Shown here piece by piece: positions 12,963 through 25,438 of a DNA stretch of 64,000 bases. The stretch covers positions 8,836,485 through 8,900,484 of the forward strand of contig NC_134027.1 of NCBI RefSeq assembly GCF_964204645.1. Reading direction: 5' to 3'. Each line of letters begins with the position of its first letter. Positions within the stretch are counted from its first letter, which is position 1. Below the pieces are notes generated by a model. It saw only the letters and a list, made by a program, of their open reading frames with translations. It searched no databases and was not told the DNA's origin. Source of the stretch: Tubulanus polymorphus (taxonomy: Eukaryota > Animalia > Nemertea). A program made the translations under genes and the position numbers.

Positions 12963-14189
12963 ATGGAGGTCGGCGAGACGGAGTGCAGCAGAAACGAGAA
13001 ACGTGTCAGCATTTCTTGCTTATTCCCGGAGATTTTAGTGATGATTTTCACTTATTTGGACGTCAAAGACAAGGGTCGGGTGTCGCAGGTTTGTCGAAAG
13101 TGGCGCGACGCGGCCTATCACCGTATAGTGTGGCGCGGAGTCGAGTCGAAATTGCATCTTCGTCGGTCGTCGTCTTGCAACACGAACAGACTGTCTTTGT
13201 TCCCGAGCCTGGTGAAACGCGGCATCAGACGTGTCCAGATTCTCAGTCACGTCAATCTACGCCGCAGCCTGAAAGAGGTAATCAACGGCATACCCGATAT
13301 CGAGAGTCTGAATTTGAGCGGCTGTTTCAATGTCACGGACACCGGACTGGCGCACGCATTTACTAAAGAAATTCCCACGTTAACAGTGCTTAATCTGAGT
13401 CTATGTAAACAAGTGACTGACAGTAGCCTGAGCCGTATGTCGCAGTCGCTACCAAACTTAGAAGTACTCGAGCTCGGCGGTTGCAGTTTTATCACGAACG
13501 CCGGACTGTCGTACATCGCGTGGGGCTTAAAACGACTGAAAGTTCTAAACTTACGCAGTTGCCGACACATCGGCGACCAAGGTATAAACTCGATAACGCT
13601 GTTAGTGCGGCTAGAATTCCTCGATCTACAAGATTGTCAAAAGCTCACCGATCTATCGTTGAGCCATGTTAGCAACGGACTAGTGCACTTGAAAGGAATC
13701 AATCTTAGTTTTTGCGGAAGCGTCACCGATACGGGGCTAAGGTTCTTGTCGAAAATGTCCAGTTTACAAGACATTAACCTCCGCAGTTGCGACAACATCA
13801 GCGACATCGGAATCGGATACTTGGCCGAGGGCGGCTCGAAAATCGAGACGTTAGACGCGAGTTTTTGCGAGCGCGTCGGCGACCAGTCGCTCGTGCACAT
13901 GTCGCAGGGATTGTTCCATTTGAAAAACGTCAGCCTCAGCGCGTGTAACATCAGCGACGAAGGACTGGAGCGTTTAGTCACCGGACTACACGAACTCGTC
14001 ACGTTAAACATCGGCCAGTGTATACGCGTCAGCGATAAAGGGTTGAAACTGATCGCCGAAAATCTGCGCGGTTTGTGCTGCATCGACTTGTACGGCTGCA
14101 CGAAAATAACGACCGTCGGCCTCGAACATATAATGCAGTTGCCTAAATTGAAAACTCTTAATCTCGGACTATGGCAGAAGAGACGGTAG
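12963..14189 (+). CDS. FBXL14: F-box/LRR-repeat protein 14 (Ppa/FBXL14), intronless, 408 aa
   Basis: The true ATG is at 12963; the track's start at 12948 is a TTG. N-terminal F-box (ISCLFPEILVMIFTYLDVKDKGRVSQVCRKWRDAAY), LFPSLVKRGIRRVQILS, about 11 AMN1-type LRRs (LNLSGCFNVTDTGL etc.) and C-terminal LNLGLWQ, all characteristic of FBXL14. Confidence 0.96.
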   Translation: MEVGETECSRNEKRVSISCLFPEILVMIFTYLDVKDKGRVSQVCRKWRDAAYHRIVWRGVESKLHLRRSSSCNTNRLSLFPSLVKRGIRRVQILSHVNLRRSLKEVINGIPDIESLNLSGCFNVTDTGLAHAFTKEIPTLTVLNLSLCKQVTDSSLSRMSQSLPNLEVLELGGCSFITNAGLSYIAWGLKRLKVLNLRSCRHIGDQGINSITLLVRLEFLDLQDCQKLTDLSLSHVSNGLVHLKGINLSFCGSVTDTGLRFLSKMSSLQDINLRSCDNISDIGIGYLAEGGSKIETLDASFCERVGDQSLVHMSQGLFHLKNVSLSACNISDEGLERLVTGLHELVTLNIGQCIRVSDKGLKLIAENLRGLCCIDLYGCTKITTVGLEHIMQLPKLKTLNLGLWQKRR

Positions 14190-17100
14190 CCGTTTGACCG
14201 GAAATCGAGGTCAAATCCGTATAAAAATCATAATAGTTCTTTATGTCTGATTTTCTATAATAACTGCCGAATTCGTTCTTTTTGAATTTCGAGTTTCAAT
14301 GATTCCTTTTCAAATTTGCGAGCACAATAAGAGAACATTCGCGATATCGAAATGTTCCTTGTGTGTTCGTACGGTGGGCGTATTTCGTCCTACCTGTTTT
14401 TGTGCGGTTGTAAAAGTTTCCACGAAATGAAAAAGCTGCCCACGGAACTCTACTCATTCAAATTAAGTTATAGTGTTATCGCTTGAGTCGATTTGCGATT
14501 GCTGATTCAGATGGAGAGATTCAAATAGTTGTCAAAGTTGAAATGGATCATTTATGATTTTCACAATAATTTTTTTTTGTTCAAAGATTATTGATTAATT
14601 TGAAGAGGTCAGTCTTTTTTACGGACACTTGTTCTTTTTGGTTGAAGTACATGTAATATGTCTTCGTCAAACGTAGATCATTTTTTGTAATTGTCTTTTT
14701 TTGAATGTACGAATGAAATGGGGGTGGAAGTATCCGCTTTTTGAATACCTGTACCGAAAAAAAAAACCACATCAATTTTACTGAATTTCTCTTCGTATTT
14801 AAAGAAATGGTAGTGTCTTCTTTAAAGTGTTTCATTTAGCAGTTCAGTTGCGAGTATGTTGTTTAAAGGTTTACATTTTCAATGAATATAAGATTTGATA
14901 CTTGTGTTCTTCCGAAGTTAAATCTTTCAGATGAATCGGTGAAATTTTTATGTACGATCAAAACTTTCTTTTCGACCACACTTCTTATACATAGCAGTCA
15001 GACATATTGAACCAAACTATAAAAAAATGGTGCTTGAATTAAAACGAAATACATGAGATGCAGACTCTTGATATGGATAATACTGGTTTTTCAGTATGTG
15101 AAAGTTGTATTTGTTGCCAAAAAAAGTTGAAAATGTAGAAAATGAATGATGAATATTTTTGTATCCGTAACGAGAGAACATGACAGTAAAAAAAAATTAA
15201 AAATTACGTGCTCAAATATATGTATATATATATATATGACTTTGTATAGTAAAATACATCTTGTTTGTTGCGTCAGTAGTTTTTTCATCAGCTCGGATGA
15301 CTCGTGGTGAGCAAGAACGGATTTAGCGCAATTTCATCGAGCTTTCGATTTCCCCTAGTATTTCTACAGTGAACGACGCCTTCCTTAGGAATTCAAGAAA
15401 ATCATCGACATTTAATTCTGACTTAGTTTACCTCGGACATTTACCTTGCAAATATGGAATATTAAAGTCATCGCCCGATGCTTCGCTCACACCAAATCGA
15501 CTTATTTAACCGACGTATGCACGGATTTCCTGAGAAAGTTAAAAGCGATAAGCACCGTTTCCAAGCAAAAATTAGTCCGAAGGACCATTTAAGTCAAGTT
15601 ATGGGACCGTATATATCGGTGCAGTTGAACGGATAACCCCGAGCGCCTCGCATAAAAATAAAATATGTGCATAAGTTTTTTGTACGTCATTCTGTGCTAG
15701 TTTTCAGAAGATGCAAAGCCACAGAGCTAGTGATGCGTACTATCGATTCTGAATAAAGCAAAACGAAACTTAAAGCTTCCCAAAAAACAACGCTGTAATT
15801 CTTCGTTAAGTCGTGAAATGATAAAATATACTTCTCACCTTGTATCTTAATGAAAACTGTTCGGGGTTGTTTATCCAGCGTCTCAAAGATCAATGAAAAT
15901 CGGGTTAAGATGTCGGCCATGCCGTATAATGGCCGTATCATTACAGCAATTAACCCGGAATTGTGGCTGATGAGCAAGCGTACGAATTAACCTTAAGGTG
16001 AAATAATAATCATATGAGTGTTACTCGCTAGGATAAAACGCCCTGTAAATATTATTCTACAGCGAAACGATAATTATGCAACGGCGGCGAATGCGTTTCC
16101 ATATCTATATTATATCTGGCAAGCTAGAGGGAGTTACATTGTTTCTAGTACAAACAGTGAATTTACAGCGGCGGGCTAAAGGGGATTTTGACCCCTCCAT
16201 CCCCGCATCGTGTTCGAAAACTTTCTGATAATGATAAATCATATTAATGAGGAAACTAACCCCAAATCAAATTTTTATCGATTGCTGTTTCGACGTCTGC
16301 CAGAAATTACGTACTGTAGGTAATGCACAAGTGTTTATGAATACCGGTACATTTATTTATTGAAATATAAAAAGATTACATCCGGAAAAACACTGCGCTT
16401 GATCCCCTCTGCTCAAATTTCTGGATTCGCCCCTCATTTACTTATTGAGCAAATGAACATTTTTAGTTACTCTGCATCATCGAATTGCAGCTCTAATTCA
16501 ACAGAATTCTATGGAGTTACGTATATATTCGCAACCCCATTTCCCTTATGATAATTAGTTCGCCCGATGTACGATTCAGAAAAGGGTACCACTTCATTTT
16601 ATAAGGCTAACAAATGATACACTGTTTCTCCTAATCGACCGGGTCTTTTGTAAATCGCAATTAAATTTGTAATCACTTCATTTCTATAGCTGCCGGGTCT
16701 GCTATGGTTGTACGGGGTAGATGCGGCCGGCCGAGTCAAGTCTTTAGCTCGGCATAAAGGAGAAGCAAGGTATCAATCTTTTTGTAGCCCTAACATTCTG
16801 GAGCATCGAGTTCAAAACCGTTTGTAAAAAAACATGTCTACGCCAACGTTGGCTTTGATTTAATTTTCTTACCTTTCATCAGTGAAATAAATTCCACTTC
16901 ATGCTTTAATTCCGAGATACTTTTCGTGAACGAGAGTTTTATTTTCGGGTTATGCACACTTTATATACTCTTTATGTTCCTGCCCGATACAAATTCAAAT
17001 TTTTCTTCGTCAAGTAGCTCGAACGTATTGTGAAATTTTACATGCGCCAGTCAAACACTTCAACTTCAGTTTGGTAAATTGAGAGACCTACATTCGGTCA

Positions 17101-18177
17101 ATCTACCTTGGCATTATATCCATGATGACACATGCGAAGATTCTTTTCAAAACTTTACATTAGAAATTAAACATTTATCTCCGTTTCGTTAGTTAGATCT
17201 GTTTTTCTTCAAAATGATAGAAAAAAACAACATTACATGTAGCGCAGATTAGAGAAATCTATGTTGTTTTCACGTTTCGCTTTCTACCTCCATCGGAAGA
17301 CCAACTTGATTGATTTTGGATGTAATAACACCTTGTTGCTCCCCTCCGAGATACCCGGCGCGATCTAAAACCATGATTCAGCCGAACACGAAATAAACGC
17401 GAATGTTAGCTCGGTGCCTAACCTTCTCGGCAGAAAATTCGATTCAGAAAATCCAGACATTGGCAATTTCGGTTAGTTTCCAGCAACAATTAGGCTCAAT
17501 TCGATCCCGAAACGTTGTATAACGAACGCGCGCGCAGCACCGTTTTCCAATTATCCTCTCTTCTTTACTAGCTATACTTCAATTTCACAAAAAGTCGTAG
17601 GTGTTTCGTAGGAAAATCGTCTGTCATGAGTTGTGAACCGGGTTTACCCGACTGATTCACCGTCTGTAGATTGGTTACGAACCTTTCGGATGCCCGAATT
17701 ACTACTGCACGAATTGGCACACCATTTCCGAACACCGAATAACCTTTGGTACTCAATTTGATCTGGGTACAAAACACAGGTGGTTAACCACCGAAATATA
17801 ACAAGAACTACGGGACACGACGTTTAGTGAACCATGCACGCGAGTTCATTATGTTTTTTGCGTCTCAAATTGCAATGGATCCTTTGTTTGTATCGTCGTT
17901 TTTTTCAGTCGAGTAGATTACCCGGCTCAACGATCACACTTTAGATTCAGCTTCACCTTCTCCGATCGATCTACGTAGATTATCGTCGAGAAAGTCCTCA
18001 TTATTTCATTTTCATCGGGCGTTTTTCCAACACGAATAATTGCGCGCGCCTAAACCGGCCGTGGTCACACTTTTACACACAATTTCTCTGCATTTCCAGC
18101 TAAGCCACATACACAAAGTCGTTTCCCAATAGCGCGGATCCTCTGGATTTTTAGGATATGTTTCAATGATCGTGCTA

Positions 18178-18192
18178 CCAGCAGGGGGCGCT
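18178..18192 (+). promoter_or_regulatory. Consensus CTCF-binding motif
   Basis: CCAGCAGGGGGCGCT matches the CCASYAGRKGGCRS consensus exactly. Confidence 0.6.
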
Positions 18193-18367
18193 AATACCAC
18201 ACACTTGCGCTGGGAGAAATCGAAGTTAAACAACCTCACAGCAACCATCATTATTTCATTATCATCGTCGAATTCATATGATATACAAATAAATCCTTTT
18301 GAGTATTTTTAAACGGTAAAATGCATATTCAAAAAACCCAAGATTATAAACAAATTACCCGACTTAT

Positions 18368-18608
18368 TTTTTGACGCTGTAAAAACCTTTTTCTTATTGT
18401 TAACTACGTATTATGCGTCATTTAAGGGATAATCTGCGAGTCGTGTACTACGTCACTGGCGCTTCAAAATAAAAATTACAATTGCGGATATTGGCATTTA
18501 TTTTGTAATTGATTAAATTTCATGACACTTAATTTCTATCAATGCATAATATAGTTATCAATGTATAAAACATTTTTGTAACGGCTTTTATGCGTACGGT
18601 GTCAAAAA
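18368..18608. mobile_element. Non-autonomous repeat family A, shorter copy 3
   Basis: Internal block TTTAAGGG..CTACGTCA..TTCAAAATAA.AATTA.AATTG..TTGGC.TTTATTTTGTAATT matches copies 1 and 2. The termini TTTTTGAC...GTCAAAAA form a short inverted repeat. Confidence 0.6.
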
Positions 18609-21023
18609 GGTACTGGCGAGGGTGCTACGAAAAGCAGCAGTGAGCCAGCTTACGGGATCAGATACGGTTCAGACATCTTAGAAATATCCAATAAAGAGAA
18701 GAATACGACTTTAACAAAAAATTCACTCCCACCCGCTGTATTTTGTTATCCGTATAAGATAAAGAGATAAGATAAAACCGGCCGGATTTCGATATCTTAT
18801 TCGTTGATAATTGATTTGACCTCATTTTTGCTCATTCTAACGGCCTGACCGGCCATGAGAAAGAATAAGCTATCTTACACAGGATAAGTCGATTCCAACC
18901 ATTATTCGATTTAAAATGACTTCTTTCGTTGATACGTGATTCGACTCGTTTGGACGAGTGGGTTGGAGGATTTGAGTCAAGAGTTGCCAAAAGCCAAAAG
19001 GGCTGGCACATTTAGGGGTGGTGGTCTAGGGGGTCCGGACCTCTGCCTTCCCGTAGAAGTTGTCCTTTTTTTCAAGACAGACATCGTTTAAACCTTGAAA
19101 ATTGACACCCATCCTCTCAAAAATTGCATATTTTCGCATGTATTTCTTCGGTTGAGACCCGCTATTGCGCCCTTCTGTTGAATCGGAGAAATGCCGTATC
19201 TCTTCGTCTGGAGGTACTATACGACTCTTGACTGTAAAAATTTGATTCTTTATATTCGGCGACTGTTTATTTCATTTGCATGCATGTAAACGGGTGGACA
19301 ACATCATAGACAGACACGAACATCTGGACGCGATTGATTGGAACGAAGTAAATTCGCTGAAACGTGTGGATAATTGTTGTTTAGTTTAGGAATAATGAAA
19401 CACTTTATACGCTTACGTCCAACAGTTCCGAGAGTTGTTCGCGCTGAATTAGTTAACGTTTAACGAACGTGTAATTGGTGGCTGCGCAGGCGTTTCTTTT
19501 TCGATTTCTCGGAAAACCCCGTCGTGATGCTCCCCGATCATAAATGAAATGAAACTCTTTGCCGAAGGTTTTTCTTAAGACGATGATTTGATCGATGATC
19601 AGTCGCTATAATTCGAGGCAGGCCCATGTTTGATTCTAAGAAGTCGAGGTGGTTTTTTTCATTGTTATGAATGGAGTTGCCCGTGTCAAATCAGTAAATG
19701 CGAAGACAAGTTTATCGATAGTACTTAGGGGGTTAACTGAATTATTTCAATACGTACGAGCTTTAGCTACTTGTGCACAGTAGGTTCATCAGGTAAATGA
19801 GATGTTTAGTCTTTGTAAATTTTTCTCATTGCCCGTGACGCTAAGTCACATTAGTAGCGAAAGCATTTACTTTGAATGAATTTGATCAACAAATTAGTAT
19901 TCGTCTTCATTATAATTATTGATTACGTAAGTATGTATCGTAAAAATGCGATATGTATGATATTCATTATCACGTATGGGAGGTAGGCCTACATTTACAA
20001 CACGTGATATACCTTTTCTGTTTGTAATGTTACCTTTGCGATTATGATGCCGCTTCAGACATAATTTACCATGTTGGCACTCTACAAATGGTGAAATGTT
20101 AATGGTGAAACGTCATAATGCGTTAGATGGCGTACATGCATGTACGAGCCATCTTCGCGTGCCGGAGTTGTTCCCGGGTTTTTCTCCGCAACAAGAATCT
20201 TTTCGAGGTTTTAGAATATATTCAAAATAACACGACGATATAGGCCTAAAATTTGAACTTTCTAATTTTTGATTAATCATCAATTTCCACTTGAAAGCTT
20301 TTTTAACGAGCTCGAAACGCTGCCATCAAATCTACTCTACAGTTCGTATGTCGTAGATGTTTTATTTGCGATACCTTTAGAACCTCTAGAACTTTACGCC
20401 AAAATGCAATTACGATAAAGATTATTCGCTTGGAATTCTGAAACTGATATCATCATTATGATAAGGCAACTGTCTATTTTTCGTTTTGTAAATGTAGATA
20501 TCGTTTATAGCTGTCGTATTATATCCGTCACATCCGTAGATCCTAGTGCGAGAACGATTGGGATTCCAAACACGATTTGCACCGGATATTACGAAGACTT
20601 CAGGCGCTTATCGTACAAGCGTCTATTAATGGCTCAACGAAAGATTTGCCCGGAAGACTTCACCGCTCTCTATAACCATTCCCCATTAAGATGATGCCTA
20701 CGAGAATGACTACGCTACGTATTCCCTTTTTTCGATCCCTCTCTTTCCCACACTGTTTCTCTCTAATAAACATTTAACGTTAGGAGACTCATTAGTAGCG
20801 CTGATGTGATCGCGGAAAAGCGTATACGGAAGAGAGAACTCGTGAAGTTTTGACACGAAAGCAGCAGAGCGTATACCAATATTGTGCGCACTTTTTAGCA
20901 GTTCATCTTACGTAAAAGCACTATTAGATATTTCATAGTCTATTGGGAGACGGCAATCTCATTACCATTATGACACGAGTTTCGGCGAAGGATTCGCATT
21001 TGTAACCAGACTCCGGGGCCCAG

Positions 21024-21126
21024 GGTCCCGTTCCACAGTTCCGAGTTAAGATTTAACTCTGAGTTACTCATTAAAAACTAACTTTAACTCAGAGTTAGCT
21101 CTAACTCACAACTGTGGAACTGGGTC
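21024..21126. mobile_element. Small palindromic MITE with CAG target-site duplication (PIF/Harbinger-like)
   Basis: CAG|GGTCCCGTTCCACAGTT...AACTGTGGAACTGGGTC|CAG, with internal inverted AACTCTGAGTT/AACTCAGAGTT motifs. Confidence 0.7.
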
Positions 21127-24100
21127 CAGACTCACAGTTAACTCGGGGTCCCGATATTTATCTAGCGTGATGTACTGGTGCATTGTTTATGTCGTGCGGT
21201 TATATATATGTTATATATAGGTATTTCTTACACAGTTCCAGCAAAATCCTTACACAGGACGCAAAATACCCGTCTACATAAAGCGGGTAAAGTTACTCCT
21301 CACTATAAATGTATTGCGACCATGTCAAGACCCGAAAAGCGAAAAGCAAAATTTAACACTGTTGGATCTCGATTAGTAAGATAACCATAGTTAGTTACCT
21401 AATCGTTGGTGGTAAGATTTTTATTATCGGATGGGCTTATACCTTATGTGGTTTGTGAAAAATATCCGATCGTGAAACTAAACCACAGATATGTTACTGA
21501 CTAGGATAACCAATGCCCGTAGATGCCGTCCGGTGCCTAAGACCCCTTCTTCCCGTGGAGGCCACATGTAACAGAACTTAAGAAGCAAATAATGCTTAAT
21601 CGGAAAAATATATGTACGTTGTAGAAATGACATAGTTCCATTTAGATCGTGGAAATGATTGTGTAAGTTTTAATTTTATGCATTTGGTACAGTGGTCCTT
21701 GAACTTGACGCTTGCGTAACTACTAGTGAAAACAATTTCCAGTTCGACCTCTAAATCGAGCCTCGTCGATGTTAGGCCTTGGACAACACTTATAGGATTC
21801 CTCTTCGTAAATATTTTATAGTTTCATAAATTGCTTTTACTTCGATGTGTATATATGCGTAGATATGTTAACGGGTCGTATCAAGTTATCGTATATCAAG
21901 TTGGCATCCTACTAAATGCCCAGCGGTGGTTACTTCGGCTGTGTAGGCCCTAAATATGTTGTCGAGCAATCAGTCTATCGAAATACTGCATCGAGAATAT
22001 TTCCGCTCGTCGCATATTCCTCAAGATTTATCTATAATAAAGTTTATGCCCGCCATTCCATCTAAATCATCTTCACGTATTCTGACGCGGGAAAATGATA
22101 AATTTTCATACAAAAACGTATGTAGAGTTATAAATCTTCATTAGTTCGATGTAATGTTCATCGTACTCCGCTTGAGCGATAAACCCTTTACGCGCGAAGT
22201 CGCGCACTGTAGTCCAGCGGTCTTATTGGTCACACGAAATTTCAACGTAAATAGAATTTTTAACGATGTCGGAATTGACAGAGTTTGAATATTGTATTTA
22301 ATTTGATAGTTTGAAATGGCATGTGTAACGGTACTATTTTCCAGCAAATATCTTTTGCTTCTTTGTATATACTGTTATTCTGCTGAATCTTTGTTGACAT
22401 CGACAATCGTGTGATTTGATTATGATAGATAAAAAGAACTTAAACTTAAACGTTCATTATTTGAAGTAGAAGTGGAAGCCATTTCTTCCTTCGAAATAGC
22501 TCCAGGAGAGCGAGCGAAAAAATAAACTCTCCACGGATTGATTTCTTTTAACCAGCCACATGATATCTGCACTCAAACCACGACAGATTGACACCGAGCT
22601 GTAGGACGCTTAGTACTTAACGTCTCTGTACACATCATTTATAGCGTCAATACAAGGAGTGTAATTAATCGCAAAATATGAATCATCAAAAATCACTTTT
22701 GAACAGCGGCGTTTATCAAACCGCCGTGCGTCCCACGAGCCAGTGATTTAGATCTCGACTGTATCTTCAACTGCTCAATGCGAGTAAAAGGCGAGTTTGT
22801 ACAATAACTTTAGCGACGATTGAAGCAGTTCGATTTACGTCGAAAAATTCTACGTCGCCGTATTTTAGAGTCTTTGCAAAAAAATTTTAAAAAAATGTAC
22901 AGAATAGGGAACCGCTCCACTAGCTATCCCACCATATGGCGTGGCGAGCACTCAGTCTTGCGCGGTCAAATTTTCGATGAACTTCAAAATGAATTTTTAG
23001 GCTCCCGAATCCATACATCATATCACAAGACCCACCAAATATACGATAAATCAATTTACTATTCAGATATCGGTATAGTTTTCATGAATAATTGATTTGT
23101 TTAAGAAAAAGGTCCATTCCGTTTTAACGGGAGACCGAGTAACTATTAGCCAACCAGGTGGATCCTCGCTTGCCATACGTGGAATCTTCGATTGCCACAG
23201 GAGGTCGTAGGTTTTCCTATGTATGGATATAATTTCGTTCGCTGTTCCATTCGCTCGACTTGGGGTAAATGAAACGACTATAAAAAATTTCCAAAATCCT
23301 TTCGAACCAATTCACCGACACGAGCGCGGAATTAGCGCAATAACAGTGACGTAATATGATTGACATTTCGAATGTCTACTCTGGAACAAACCTCACGAAG
23401 CTGTGACGCGATTGCTATTCGCGATTGCAGACTAAACGGGACATGCTGCAAAAAATGCCTTTTTAATCCTACCCAATTACGAGTAAGCATGCAATCGGCT
23501 GATTAACTAATGAAGTTTCATTGACGCGGTAATACTCGGTGAAAATGGAATCAGTCGACTACGAACGCCAACGTAGAACTATAGGGAATTGCATCGAGCA
23601 TCGACCTGGTGCGGAATGGATGCCATTTTCACGTTACGATGTGACGATGATGAATATGTAATACGTGCGTATACAAATAATGGACTGAAATTCAACGCAT
23701 AAGACAACGCTGGCTGTCCTTGACAAAATACGACATATCCATATATGCTAAACCAAGTCTTACAGTTGAATTATCGCTCTTTGTCTTGTTTTAGTAACGA
23801 AATCCTTGCATAACCATTTGCCCGATGCAGGGAATCTTAAATTTATCGGAATATTGTTTAAAGTAAATTCAGCACCTCAAATCTGCTGGGAGTTTCCCTG
23901 AATAATCACATATTCGTATGTAAAATATATCTTGAGTGCCTACGATATCATCATAACCGCATTGAAAATTTATAAAGGCTGGAAAGTGTTGAAATTAATG
24001 AAAATATATTGCGCTGCAATATTGCACTTCAGCAGGCGTCAATTTTCAGTCGTATTTCTCGGAATTATTTCGCCGTGTTTTGTAGTGATGTAAATATTCT

Positions 24101-24978
24101 TGGGGCGCATGGTTATAATTCGCACGGCGTCTGTCTTCGACGGCTCAATCGAATAGCCGCGTGTAATAAATGACAATTACAGGCAATGGATTCATCGATT
24201 CTTCGTCAACGCCAGATTCTAATGTCTTGTGCGAAAAAAATGGCCGTGATGATATGAAAAAAAAAAGTTATAGACCGAAATCTGTATAATGCACGACATA
24301 TGATATGTGTTCATATTGTGCAGATTCTAATTTATGAATATTCTTGGTAAGATTCGACAGAGTTTTAAATCGTGAAAATTGATATCCAACGGAAATAGTC
24401 TCTGAATGAACATATCGCTGCGCAAACAGATCGAAATATACATTGACATTCTACGAACAAATATAATATTTATGTGACACGATGATGAATGAGATTGTTG
24501 AAAAAAAAACTAATTATCAAATTGCTAAAACTCATAGAAAGCGAAGATATGGGCAAAGAGCGTAATTCATTACGATTGGGTACTTCTGTGATCGAAGAAT
24601 ATATATATGATTTGAAATCGGGTTTCTTGTTGTCGGTTGTCCGGTAGCGTGGCCTTGGTTAGAAATGAACAACAAAACCTTCTCCTTCCGACATAATTGT
24701 AAGTGACAATATTGATATCACACGGCTACGTGTGATATCGACCGGAAAGAGGAATGAGCGTAAATGGCCGCCTTCGTGCACAGACGATCCGATACTTGGA
24801 TCGCGTTGATGACTTTTCCCTCTTTATTTGTCACGATGATTACTCCCAGAGGTTGTTTTAATCCTGTTGCAACCCTCCGTTGGCGTAGATATACGGCTAG
24901 CACTCGCGAACTGCGATTATGACTGCGGACGTGGTAAATAAAGATACCAGTATAGATAGCATGAAACCAGTATACCCC

Positions 24979-25438
24979 TCTCTCCCTCTCCCTCTCCCTC
25001 TCCCTCTCCCTCTCCCTCTCCCTCTCCCTCTCCCTCTCCCTCTCCCTCTCCCTCTCCCTCTCCCTCTCCCTCTCCCTCTCCCTCTCCCTCTCCCTCTCCC
25101 TCTCCCTCTCCCTCTCCCTCTCCCTCTCCCTCTCCCTCTCCCTCTCCCTCTCCCTCTCCCTCTCCCTCTCCCTCTCCCTCTCCCTCTCCCTCTCCCTCTC
25201 CCTCTCCCTCTCCCTCTCCCTCTCCCTCTCCCTCTCCCTCTCCCTCTCCCTCTCCCTCTCCCTCTCCCTCTCCCTCTCCCTCTCCCTCTCCCTCTCCCTC
25301 TCCCTCTCCCTCTCCCTCTCCCTCTCCCTCTCCCTCTCCCTCTCCCTCTCCCTCTCCCTCTCCCTCTCCCTCTCCCTCTCCCTCTCCCTCTCCCTCTCCC
25401 TCTCCCTCTCCCTCTCCCTCTCCCTCTCCCTCTCCCTC
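24979..25438. repeat. Perfect (CCCTCT)n hexamer microsatellite, about 460 bp
   Basis: Directly visible uninterrupted array. It produces the artefactual poly-RE and poly-LP ORFs. Confidence 0.99.

Noticed and set aside
12983-14101. Overlapping ORFs within FBXL14
   Set aside because: They are shadow frames of a GC-richer coding sequence with no recognisable domains.
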